From Gemmatimonadales bacterium (GTDB lineage Bacteria; Gemmatimonadota; Gemmatimonadetes; Gemmatimonadales; GWC2-71-9), in NCBI GenBank assembly GCA_037189525.1, contig JBBCJC010000001.1, positions 608,001 to 672,000 on the forward strand: a stretch of 64,000 bases of DNA, read 5' to 3'. The notes beneath the pieces are model-generated. The model did no database searches. It was not told where the DNA came from and worked only from the letters and a program-made list of their open reading frames with translations. Shown here piece by piece: positions 40,501-49,042 of the stretch; within the stretch, counting starts at the first letter, position 1, and the number at the start of each line of letters is the position of its first letter. The translations under genes were made by a program, and so were the position numbers.

Positions 40501-43310
40501 GGGGTAAACCGGCAGCTGGCCGGCGCCGATCCGGTCCGCAGCTGGCAGCGATCGACGGTATCCTGCACCCACTCGCCCACCAGCTCCGCATAGCCGTTGT
40601 TCTCGCGGCGCACCTGATGCCATTCGCGGCGGATCAAGACCCCGGTGACCGGTACATCGGCCACCCGGCGGCCGTCGGGACGCACCGCCAGCACTTCCAC
40701 CGTCTGCGGATCACCGGCCGGCCAGAAGTAACTGCCCGCCGGCTTGGCCGCGATGTAGAACGCCGTGGGATGCACCACCACGCCGGCTCCGCCATAGACC
40801 GTCTGGCGATTGACATCGGTGACGACCGCCTCGACGCTGACCCGCGCCGGCAAGGCGGGGTTGGCCAATTCGAGCGGCGCCGTGATGCGCAGCTGCCCGG
40901 CGGCATCGAGCGAGTCGGATCGGGACTCGCTCACCGACCGGGAGCTCCGCCCGCTCCACTCCTCCCACCACCAGCCGCGGGCGGCCACGTAGTACCCCTC
41001 GGTGCCGGGCACGGTCAGGTCCCACGGTTCGATGCTGCGCTGCCGCACACTCCAGGTCACCTTCGCGCGCGCCATCGGCGCGCCGAACAGATACCGCGCG
41101 CTGATCGTGGCGGGCAGCTGGTCGCCGTTCTGCCGGGCCGCCGTATCCGCCGTGACGTCGACCAGGAATTCCGGCGCGCGATACTCCGCGACCCGATACT
41201 CGGCGCGGGCCACCTCCTGCCACTGCCCTTCCCGGCGCAGACTCGCGGTCACTGCGTACTGACCGAGCGGCGCCGCGTCGGGAAGGCGCAGCGCCGGCGA
41301 CGCCGTCCCGAAGGCCGACGGGGCAACCACCTGTTCCAGTAAGGTGCCGCCATCGCGGTCTTCGAAGGCCAGGCGCACCGAATCCGACCGCTCGGGCACC
41401 TTGAGCGCACCAAGCGATCCGGTCCGCACGATGGCCTTGGCAAAGACGGAGTCGCCCGGACGATAGATTCCGCGCTCGGTGAACAGCGCGCCGGCCATCG
41501 GATAGCGCTCGCGGCCCCAGGCGCCCGAGACATTGAACTGCCACGGCGACAGGTCCGCATCGTACTGGTTGACGCCGACCAGCGCGCGGTCGTTGCCGAG
41601 CCGGGCTTCGACATACCCTTCGAAATCGTCGTACGAGTACTCGTCACGGCTGTCCGCACTGCTGTCCGCGACAGGAGCCGGCCGCCGCACCGACTCGAAT
41701 CGGAACAAGCCCGTCTGATCGGTGACTCCCTCGGCCAGCAGGTTCCGACGCCGGTCGCGGACCCGGATGGCCGCGCCGGCCCGCGGCTTCCCGTCGCTCA
41801 CCCCGGTAACCCAAACCGTCCCCTCCTCGCGGCCGATCTTGGCATGAATGCCCAGGTCGGTCACCTGGATCAGCGCGATGGGCTGGTACTCCTCGGCCGA
41901 GGTGCGTTCCCCCTCCCGACGAGGGCGAGGCAGACGCGGGCTCGAGATCTTGACGGCATAGAGAGTCGAGGTGCCCGCCACCCGCGCATCGGGAGCCGGG
42001 AACGCCACGCCGTAGACGCCGTGCCGATCCCGCACGCTGCGCACCGGCAGACGGCGCCGAGTCGCTCGCTTGGCAAGCGCGGTCCAGTCCTCGCCCCAGG
42101 CATACCATGACTGTGAAAGCAGCTTGGCTTCGAGCGACTCCGGCACCGCCGCCGCGATGACCTCGACCGTGTCGACGTTGACGTGGGTAATCGGCAGGGT
42201 GCGGAGCCCGTTCCGTTCGATGGTCAGCCGACCGTTCAGGTACGAGACGCTCGGTTCGAAACCGGTGGTCACCACGGTCTGCCGCGGATTGCCCTGGAGC
42301 TTCTGGCCGAACGCATCGGTCAGCGCGGGGTCCACCTGGATCAGGTAGCCGGTGCGCGGTTTGAGATCGGCCGACAGGATCCAGCGGTTTCGAACGTCGT
42401 TGGTGTCGCCCACGGTAAAGGTGACTTTGGGCAGGACCGTCACGTGCCGCAGCACGTCGGCGCCGCGAACCGGGGTGCTGAAGACCAGGCGGATCGGCCC
42501 CGCCGGACAGAACTCGCCGCCCGAACAGGCCGACTCGGCCAGGCGGAACGGACCGTAGGTCTGGAAGGGCCAGCGCCGGAACGCGCCGGGCGACTCGGCA
42601 TCGACGGCGGTAGGCGTGATCAGGGCCGCGCGGCAGGCCAGCGGGAGCGGAGCGGCGGGGGCCAGATCGACGATCCGGCGGAGCGAATCGGCCGACCGGT
42701 CGCGATCCCAGCCGCCGGCTTCCCGAATCTGCCACGGCGCGTCGTCCGGCACCGGCCGCTCGCCGGCCACCCGGAACCGGACGGTCCCGCTCCGGCTGCA
42801 TCCCTGGCCGAGTTCGATATATATGAGCCGGGTCACGGCCTCGGCCGGGGCGGCCGACGACAGGACCACCGAGAACCGGGTCTCAGGCGTCACGAACTCG
42901 GGCGAATCGCCGGCTCCGACGGGCGTTCCGGCCAGCACGGCAGGCCCGCTGACCCGGAACCCGAAGCGGAAAGGAGCGGCCAACCGACTGCCGTCAAGAG
43001 CCGTAAACTCTTGATTGACAGTGACTTGATAGCTAGAACCTGGTTCCAGGGGCCGGTCGGGCCGGAATCGGATGGTCACCGGGTCCCGCCATTCAACCGT
43101 GCCAGAAAGGGCGGGTACGATCGTCACCAGAGACCGCGCATCGACAGTCTGGTCGAGCGAGCCGGCTACCGGTCGATCGAAGGTGATGGTCACGACCGAG
43201 GTCGGTGAGGCTTCGGGACCCGGGGTGGTCCGAATTACCCTGAGGGCCGGAGGTTGGTCGGCCGCGACGGTGGCGGCAACGAGCAGGATCGCAGTTCGAA
43301 TCGTAGACAT
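37569..43310 (-). CDS. Bacterial alpha-2-macroglobulin
   Basis: 1913 aa; TERGIYRPGD, AVDEGVL, Gly-rich bait region, LPDNLTTFR, thioester YPYLCTEQ, NTQD, AEEMY. Confidence 0.93.
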   Translation of the reverse strand: MSTIRTAILLVAATVAADQPPALRVIRTTPGPEASPTSVVTITFDRPVAGSLDQTVDARSLVTIVPALSGTVEWRDPVTIRFRPDRPLEPGSSYQVTVNQEFTALDGSRLAAPFRFGFRVSGPAVLAGTPVGAGDSPEFVTPETRFSVVLSSAAPAEAVTRLIYIELGQGCSRSGTVRFRVAGERPVPDDAPWQIREAGGWDRDRSADSLRRIVDLAPAAPLPLACRAALITPTAVDAESPGAFRRWPFQTYGPFRLAESACSGGEFCPAGPIRLVFSTPVRGADVLRHVTVLPKVTFTVGDTNDVRNRWILSADLKPRTGYLIQVDPALTDAFGQKLQGNPRQTVVTTGFEPSVSYLNGRLTIERNGLRTLPITHVNVDTVEVIAAAVPESLEAKLLSQSWYAWGEDWTALAKRATRRRLPVRSVRDRHGVYGVAFPAPDARVAGTSTLYAVKISSPRLPRPRREGERTSAEEYQPIALIQVTDLGIHAKIGREEGTVWVTGVSDGKPRAGAAIRVRDRRRNLLAEGVTDQTGLFRFESVRRPAPVADSSADSRDEYSYDDFEGYVEARLGNDRALVGVNQYDADLSPWQFNVSGAWGRERYPMAGALFTERGIYRPGDSVFAKAIVRTGSLGALKVPERSDSVRLAFEDRDGGTLLEQVVAPSAFGTASPALRLPDAAPLGQYAVTASLRREGQWQEVARAEYRVAEYRAPEFLVDVTADTAARQNGDQLPATISARYLFGAPMARAKVTWSVRQRSIEPWDLTVPGTEGYYVAARGWWWEEWSGRSSRSVSESRSDSLDAAGQLRITAPLELANPALPARVSVEAVVTDVNRQTVYGGAGVVVHPTAFYIAAKPAGSYFWPAGDPQTVEVLAVRPDGRRVADVPVTGVLIRREWHQVRRENNGYAELVGEWVQDTVDRCQLRTGSAPASCRFTPKQAGSYIVAFAARDPGGRDVATSFYRWVTGPGWVPWADESQFKMDVVPDRSRYTVGDTATVLFASPFTDAEAWITVEREGVIEQRRIRIADGATTLRLPVTEAWAPNAFVSIVVARGRSAAPGPLDDPGRPTIRVGYAEVRVTPEPKRLGVALAADKQEYRPGDRAVFTASVTDAGRGARSEVTLWAVDEGVLSLTGFQTPDPIDLLYQPRGLGLRMGSNLTSVAPQVKQGDKGRNPGGGGGEGAADILRSRFKTTAFFLGSVLTSDDGVGTATVTLPDNLTTFRVMAVAVTAGDRFGSGQSPLLVTRPLLARPSLPRFVRPGDRFTAGVVVNHRVGGTPTVEVKADATGIRLSGRKQQRASLEAGRGREVRFDFLASEGDSAAFRFDVSGAGDRDAVRLAIPVRSASRPRTAVVAGLVQDTAQVTLDVSPDADPARSRVTLSLGSSPLALLRGVADDLRAYPYLCTEQMSAVALPLIALYRARVTAGAEAGDTVRLRSEARRALDLIVRRQRSDGAIGLWSATDWSSPWMTANAGEVLLEARAAGFVVPDTVIAAMVGYLTGALEREESMALTVGLRDTEVRASLTERVAIADFLSRAGKRNQPLENELIRRLGQLPPEDRMRFAVTLARAGDQRTARRIVEPFWALASVEGRTVSLPDSLQSRFYIRSAVRTPAYLLLSTLAVDASHPLVTPLLETVIGRGRRRDPEQWWNTQDHTMAVRAIDAWQRRFPAANRRPLEVRSGGRTVFATPGGQFAGDSTRSLRDLLRGRKPGPLPLEIAARGAGDPGFFYLTLTEIPKVMPVNPEDRGIRVERWYEDYRTGKPITTIAEGELVRVRLRVTVPSERSFVVLDDPLPAGLEAIDLSLRTVGGIGGPGQTEPADQAGQEGEVAAPRWSFGSWDSGWWSPFDHRELRDDRVVYAARLLWGGSYTASYLARATTPGTFIRPQAHAEEMYNPAVFGRSDGGTFTVTARTP

Positions 43311-43544
43311 GGGACCCTGGTCGGTCGGGACAGTGATAACCTACTGACACCATCCGCCCAAGTCATTACCGTGTCGCGGGTTGCCGGAAAAAGGCTTTCC
43401 GGAGCGGGGCTCTGGCGGGGACTATGCCGCTGGATCGAAAGTAGCTATACTATATTGTGGTACCGCAATCGCTTACGTCTCTTGGCGACCGATCTGGGAA
43501 GTCGGAGCGGACAGTCAACGAACATCTCTAAGGAGTGAGCACTG

Positions 43545-45104
43545 ATGCGCAGAATCCTCCTGTTGGCGGGAGCCCTGGCGACGTACGCCGTCCCGACACT
43601 GGCGCAGGAGAAGGGTACCGTCGAAATCGGCGGCTTTGGCCGCTTCACGAAGTACGACGGTAGCTTCAGCACCTCCAACAAGAGCGAGAACAGCTTCGGT
43701 GGAGGCGGCCGTCTCGGCTACTTCTTCTCACCCAAGTTCTCCCTCGAGTTGGATGGATCGTTCAACGCCACGGACCTCGAGAATTATTTCACGGGGCAGT
43801 TGAGCTCGCCGATCCGGTACTGGCCGTTCCATCTCCGCGGCCTCTTCCATGCGCCGTTAGGCGAAAAGGCTGCCTTCCTGATCGGACCGAGCGTCGGCGT
43901 GAATTACTACGGTGATTCGCCCAACGCGACGGTCAAGACGATCAGCGGCACCGACCTGAGCGTGGGCGGCCTGGCCGGCTTCCGCTTCAAGGTCAACAAC
44001 TGGTTGTCGCTCCGGCTCGACGGCACGGCGGATTACATGCCGAGCCCGGCCAACGCCAAGGACGAGATCATCGCCCTCGGACCGGTGGAAGCCGCGCCCA
44101 GCAGCAACCTGCACCTTGGTGCGCAGCTCGGTCTGTCGATCTTCCCGAACCCGCGCTGCACCAGCCGGCTCGATGCGATCGACCTGCTCCCGAACACCGC
44201 GAGCGTGCAGACCGGTCAGTCGGTCAACTTCAACGTCACGGGCCGTCTCTGCGACGGATCGTCGACCACGCCGCAGGTGACCTACGCGGTCTCGCCCGCC
44301 GGCACCATCGGTCCGAACGGCGTCTTCTCGTCGGCCAACCCCGGCACCTATCAGGTGATCGCGCGGACGCTGAACGGCAAGCTGGCCGACACCTCGACGG
44401 TCACGGTGACGGCTCCGCCGCCGCCCCCGCCGCCGCCGACGCTTTCGCGCGTCGAGATCAACCCGAAGACGTCGAACCTGAAGCCCGGCGAATCGGCGAC
44501 CTACACGGTCACCGGCTACTGGTCTGACGGCAACAGCCGTGCGATGCGCGCCGACGAGTGCTCGGTCTCTGCGCAGGGCAACCCGACGGCGTCGGGCTGG
44601 ACCTACAGCTGGAGCCGCAGCGGCGAGTATCAGGTCACCGCGACCTGCTCCGGTAGCTCCGATCGCGCCACGGCCAACGTGCGCGGCCTGAGCGTGACGC
44701 TGCGCGCCATGTTCGGCACCAACCGGTACAGCCAGGCGAGCCAGGTCGACCGGATGTCGCTCGATCAGGTGGCTGAGGCCCTCAAGGCCGACCAGAGCCT
44801 CCGGGTGTATATCGATGGTCACACCGACTGGCGGAACACTGTCCGCTACAACAACTGGCTCGGTCAGCGCCGCGCCGAGACGATCCAGCGCGAGCTGGTC
44901 CGTCGCGGAGTCGCGCGGAATCGCACCGTGGTCCGGTCGTTCGGCGAGTGCCGCCCGGTTGGGACCAACGAGACCGAAGACGGCATGGCCCAGAACCGTC
45001 GGGTCGAGGTTTCGCAGATCGAAACCGCCGAGCCCGAAGCAGCTGGTACCTGCGCTGAGACCGGCCCCGCCGGCGTGAGCCGGATCGGCCGCCCGGGCGA
45101 GTAA
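43545..45104 (+). CDS. OmpA family outer-membrane protein (barrel + Ig-like domains + OmpA C domain)
   Basis: AAGGAG RBS, signal peptide, alternating beta-strands, poly-Pro linker, DGHTD...YN..L..RRA...NRRVE. Confidence 0.88.
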   Translation: MRRILLLAGALATYAVPTLAQEKGTVEIGGFGRFTKYDGSFSTSNKSENSFGGGGRLGYFFSPKFSLELDGSFNATDLENYFTGQLSSPIRYWPFHLRGLFHAPLGEKAAFLIGPSVGVNYYGDSPNATVKTISGTDLSVGGLAGFRFKVNNWLSLRLDGTADYMPSPANAKDEIIALGPVEAAPSSNLHLGAQLGLSIFPNPRCTSRLDAIDLLPNTASVQTGQSVNFNVTGRLCDGSSTTPQVTYAVSPAGTIGPNGVFSSANPGTYQVIARTLNGKLADTSTVTVTAPPPPPPPPTLSRVEINPKTSNLKPGESATYTVTGYWSDGNSRAMRADECSVSAQGNPTASGWTYSWSRSGEYQVTATCSGSSDRATANVRGLSVTLRAMFGTNRYSQASQVDRMSLDQVAEALKADQSLRVYIDGHTDWRNTVRYNNWLGQRRAETIQRELVRRGVARNRTVVRSFGECRPVGTNETEDGMAQNRRVEVSQIETAEPEAAGTCAETGPAGVSRIGRPGE

Positions 45105-45124
45105 CCCGGAAGCTGGGTAGATCG

Positions 45125-45163
45125 AAAAAAGCGGGGCCGTCTCTGGACGGCCCCGCTTTTTTT
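45125..45163. terminator. Bidirectional intrinsic terminator
   Basis: AAAAAA-GCGGGGCCGTC-tctg-GACGGCCCCGC-TTTTTTT just after the ompA stop. Confidence 0.92.
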
Positions 45164-45214
45164 GTCTTCGCAGGCAGTTGGTGTTGGAGTGTTGAGCAAT
45201 CAGGTTTTGCGTAT

Positions 45215-45345
45215 GGGGGAGTGAGGAGGGCGCTGGGGGAACAGGCGCGTCGCGCGTGCGGCAGCCGGTGCCCGGTCTAAATGCCCGGACATACACGGCT
45301 GCCCTCAGCGCAGCATCCGTCCCCCGGCGCCCTCCTCACTCCCCC
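45215..45345. repeat. Long intergenic inverted repeat (REP/MITE-like or ncRNA)
   Basis: 26-nt arms 45215-45240 and 45320-45345 are complementary except one G.U; inner stem GGCAGCCG/CGGCTGCC. Confidence 0.75.
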
Positions 45346-45404
45346 CGAACCTCAGCCTCGAATCACAACAGCGCTTTCCCCTGCCACTGAACACGAGACC
45401 GTAC

Positions 45405-46376
45405 CTACCGCGGAGGCGATTCCGGAACCGGGAACTCACCGGTCTCGAAGACGCCAGCCTCCACCTCGGGCGGCTGCGGCTTCTGGGGCCAGCGGATCAG
45501 CAGAACACCCAGCAAGCTGATAGCTGCGCCGGTCATCATCTTCGAGGTCACCACTTCTCCCGCCAGTGACCATCCCAGAAAGACGGCCACCAGCGGATTG
45601 ACGTACGCCGAGGTCCCGACCGCCTGGGGAGTGGTGACCGACAGCAGATAGGTGAAGGCCGTAAAGCCGACGATGCTGCCAAAGACGATCAGGTAGAAGT
45701 AGGCAATCCAGGAGACGGCGGTCACCTGGGACAGCGAAAAGTCCCGCAATTCACCAGAACCCCAGGCGACGAGCGCGAGCTGCGTCCCCCCGCCGATCAT
45801 CATCATCCCGGTCGCCATGCTCGGACTGGTCGGCAGCCGGCGCCGATGGGCCATCACCGACCCGCCACCCCAGCCGATTGCCGCGAGCACCAGCGCAGCC
45901 ACCCCCAGCAGCGGCACCGCTTCGGACGCAGACTCCCCGACGTTGGGCGAGGCCAGCAGCACCAGGCCGATCATCCCCATGACGACACCGGCGATCACCC
46001 GGCCGGGCGGTCGCCGCCAGCGATCGAGGGCGCTCTCCATGATGGCCACCCAGATCGGCGTGGTCGACGCCAGGAGCGCGGTCCGGCCCGAGGGCACGTA
46101 CTGCTGCGCCCAGACGACCAGACCGTTCCCCATGACGAAGAACAGGGTCCCCATCAGAAATGCGGTCGCCCAGATCCGGAGCGGAGGGTTCGATTCACCG
46201 CGGTACAGGGCCCAGAGGCACAACGCCCCGCCCGCCATGATGAAACGGCTCGAGGCCAGCACGAACGGCGGAATACTCTGGATCGCAAAGGTGATCCCGA
46301 GGTACGTCGACCCCCAAATGATGTAAATCGCGGCAAACGACCAGAACACGGCGCCACGGTGGAATTCTCTCGTCAC
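45405..46376 (-). CDS. EamA/DMT family transporter (YedA-like)
   Basis: IYIIWGSTYLGI, AYVNPLVAVFLG; about 10 TM helices. Confidence 0.9.
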   Translation of the reverse strand: MTREFHRGAVFWSFAAIYIIWGSTYLGITFAIQSIPPFVLASSRFIMAGGALCLWALYRGESNPPLRIWATAFLMGTLFFVMGNGLVVWAQQYVPSGRTALLASTTPIWVAIMESALDRWRRPPGRVIAGVVMGMIGLVLLASPNVGESASEAVPLLGVAALVLAAIGWGGGSVMAHRRRLPTSPSMATGMMMIGGGTQLALVAWGSGELRDFSLSQVTAVSWIAYFYLIVFGSIVGFTAFTYLLSVTTPQAVGTSAYVNPLVAVFLGWSLAGEVVTSKMMTGAAISLLGVLLIRWPQKPQPPEVEAGVFETGEFPVPESPPR

Positions 46377-47449
46377 GGGTTGGGCGCCGCCTGGGCTCCT
46401 TCCGAGTCGATGAGAACGATGGTGTGTTCGGCCGTAAAGCCGCTTTCGGAGCCGGCGGGAACGTATTCCTCGCGATACATCTTGACGATCGCAAAGAAAT
46501 ACGACAATGCGAGCGGCCCGATCAGGAGGCCCAGCAAGCCGAAGTAACCGATGCCGGCAATCGCGCCGACCAGGGTGATCATGGGATGGACCTGTGCAAA
46601 CCGATTGTAGACGATCGGCCGGAAGATATAGTCGATGATGGCCGTTCCGGTCAGGCTCCAGATCGCAAGAAACGCCGCGCCGCCGACTCGGCCCTCAAAA
46701 GCGAGCACCAGCACGCCCGGAATCCAGACCATACCGCTGCCGACCACGGGCAGCACCGCGAAGACGACCGTGACGACGCCCCAGAAAATTGCGTTCGACA
46801 GGCCGCTCATCGCAAAGCCGAGTGTGGTCAGAAGCCCCTGTAAGAGGGCGGTGAGTCCGGTCCCGATCACCGTCGAAATGGCAATTGCGGTAAACTGCTG
46901 CCGGAGCCGCTCGGTATTGCCGGGAGAAAACGGGATATAAGGACGGATCGTCGTCCAGACCCCCCCGGCATTGAGCAGCAGGTAATAGAGACCAAACAGG
47001 GCCAGCAGGATGTTGATCGAGAGCCGGGTCACGGTGCCCAGCAGCGACAACGCGTTCCCACCCAGCCAGGCCACCAGCGTCTGCCCCAGCCGCACCAACT
47101 CGGCGCCCACATCGAACGGACCGAGCTGGAGCTGGCTGATCCGGTCCAGCAGGGGGCCGGTCATCAAGGTGCCGGCAATGTTCTGGGCCTGACCGACGAT
47201 CAGGCTGAGCACCACGAAACCGGGAAGCAGCACACCGAGAATGGTCAGGATGACCACCAGCACGGCGGCAAACGACCGGTTCATCCAGCGGAACTGCGTC
47301 AGCCAGCGGTGGACCGGCCCCAGAACCACGTAGAGAACGGGAATCGACAGGAGTCCCGTCATGTACGGCGACAACGCCACGACGATCCCGACCAGCAACA
47401 GGACCAGAACGATTGCGGCCCGCTGGTGGCGGGAATCGAAAAATGCCAT
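46373..47449 (-). CDS. AI-2E family transporter
   Basis: PVVGSGMVWIP, IDYIFRP, FGLLGLLIGP; many TM helices. Confidence 0.88.
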   Translation of the reverse strand: MAFFDSRHQRAAIVLVLLLVGIVVALSPYMTGLLSIPVLYVVLGPVHRWLTQFRWMNRSFAAVLVVILTILGVLLPGFVVLSLIVGQAQNIAGTLMTGPLLDRISQLQLGPFDVGAELVRLGQTLVAWLGGNALSLLGTVTRLSINILLALFGLYYLLLNAGGVWTTIRPYIPFSPGNTERLRQQFTAIAISTVIGTGLTALLQGLLTTLGFAMSGLSNAIFWGVVTVVFAVLPVVGSGMVWIPGVLVLAFEGRVGGAAFLAIWSLTGTAIIDYIFRPIVYNRFAQVHPMITLVGAIAGIGYFGLLGLLIGPLALSYFFAIVKMYREEYVPAGSESGFTAEHTIVLIDSEGAQAAPNP

Positions 47450-47454
47450 CCTCA

Positions 47455-47484
47455 AGTCTATGGGGCGGATGAGACGCTGGTCAA
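47455..47484 (-). promoter_or_regulatory. Putative sigma70 promoter for a leaderless AI-2E transcript
   Basis: TTGACC-18-TAGACT, 5 nt before ATG 47449. Confidence 0.5.
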
Positions 47485-47542
47485 CGGGGGGCGGGCGGAC
47501 GTATCCTTCCGGGACTTCCGGTGAAACGCGAGGAACCACGCC

Positions 47543-49042
47543 ATGGATACGGCCGGAGCTGCCGAGCTCGCTGCCATCCACGCGACGGAGCCGCTGCTGG
47601 TCTGCGATGCGGAGCAAGTGCGCTTCGTGAACCAGGCCTTCGCCAACCTGGTGGGCGTACCGACGCACGACGTGATCGGGCGCGGGATCGACCAGATCAT
47701 CACCATTCTGGCGGAGCCGATGGTCGTGGAGCGCCTCCGCAACGCGTTACGCCAGCGTCAATCGTTCCGCGGAGAAGCCAGCTGCCAAACGGCGGGCGGC
47801 GTCGAGGTGCCCATCGACCTGACCGTCGTACCGGTGGTCGGTGCGCATGACGACGACATCCTCTACGTCGGATCGGCCCGCGACCTCCGGCATCAGAAGC
47901 GGATGGAGCACCAGCTCTGGCAATCGCAGCGCCTCGACGCCGTTGCCGGCTTGGCCGATCGGATTGCCCACGAGATGAACGAATCGATCCAGGTGATCGG
48001 CGGCTATGCCAACCTGGCCCGCTCGGGGCTGGGCCACGGGGTTCTGTCGCGCGAGGAACTGGCCGACGTGCAAAACGCCTCGCAGCGCGCCAGCACGCTC
48101 CTTCGCGAGGTCCTCGAATTTGCCCGCGCCGGCGAATCCAGCCGCAGCGCCCTCAACCTCAACGCCGTCATCGCGGAGTGGGAGGAATTTCTCCGCGGTG
48201 TCGTCGGACGCCACATCCGGCTGATCGTCGACCTCGCTGCGGAGCTGCCGCCGATCCTCGCGGACCGAGGCGAACTCCGCCACATCCTGATCAACCTGGC
48301 GGCCAACGCCCGCGATGCAATCGGTGAAGCGGGGACCCTCACCATCTCGACCCATGCGGTGACCGGTGGCGACCCGCGGCTGGCCTTCGGCGACGTCGAC
48401 GAGCACATCGGCTCCTACGTGGTCCTCACGGTGACCGATACCGGCGCCGGAATGAGTCCGGAGACCAAAGCCAGCCTGTTTCAGCCCTTCTTCACCACCA
48501 AAGGTCCCGACCATCGCGGGCTCGGCCTGGTCACGGTACAGGAAATCGTCCGCGAGATCGGCGGCCTGCTCTGGGTGCGCAGCCACCCCGGACAGGGCAC
48601 CTCCGTCGAGATCCACTTCCCGGCCCTGCCGGGCCGCACGGAACCGATCGAACCGATGCCCGCATCGACGCAAGCTGGGCATGGGCATGAGACCATCCTG
48701 CTCGTCGATGACGACGCGGCCGTGCTCAAAGTGGCGCAGCGCGGGCTGGAGCGATACGGTTACCGGGTGTTGACCGCCGAAGGAGCTGCGCAAGCCACGG
48801 CGGTTGCCGCGGAACATGGGGGCGAAGTCGCCTTGCTGGTGACCGATATCATGATGCCGGGACAGCGCGGCACCGATCTGGCCCGCGAGCTGCTCGGCGA
48901 TTGGCCCCACCTCCGAGTCCTGTTTATTTCAGGGTATCCTGGAGAGGGAGCGCTGGACGAGCTTCGGAAGATGCCGTATCTGACCAAGCCGTTCACCTCC
49001 GAAGAGCTTGCCAACGCCGTGCGATCGGTTTGCGATGCCTGA
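47543..49042 (+). CDS. PAS-domain hybrid histidine kinase/response regulator
   Basis: PAS; H-box AHEMN; NARDA; DTGAGM; FFTTK; receiver VDDD...TDIMMP...ISGY...KPF. Confidence 0.9.
   Translation: MDTAGAAELAAIHATEPLLVCDAEQVRFVNQAFANLVGVPTHDVIGRGIDQIITILAEPMVVERLRNALRQRQSFRGEASCQTAGGVEVPIDLTVVPVVGAHDDDILYVGSARDLRHQKRMEHQLWQSQRLDAVAGLADRIAHEMNESIQVIGGYANLARSGLGHGVLSREELADVQNASQRASTLLREVLEFARAGESSRSALNLNAVIAEWEEFLRGVVGRHIRLIVDLAAELPPILADRGELRHILINLAANARDAIGEAGTLTISTHAVTGGDPRLAFGDVDEHIGSYVVLTVTDTGAGMSPETKASLFQPFFTTKGPDHRGLGLVTVQEIVREIGGLLWVRSHPGQGTSVEIHFPALPGRTEPIEPMPASTQAGHGHETILLVDDDAAVLKVAQRGLERYGYRVLTAEGAAQATAVAAEHGGEVALLVTDIMMPGQRGTDLARELLGDWPHLRVLFISGYPGEGALDELRKMPYLTKPFTSEELANAVRSVCDA

Noticed and set aside
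44415..44438. CCG tandem repeat
   Set aside because: It encodes the poly-Pro linker of OmpA and is not an independent repeat.
34639..48910. Long antisense and alternate-frame ORFs (e.g. 34639-36225, 36244-37698, 43857-45296, 47747-48910)
   Set aside because: Shadow ORFs typical of high-GC coding DNA; Arg/Pro/Gly-rich with no recognisable motifs.
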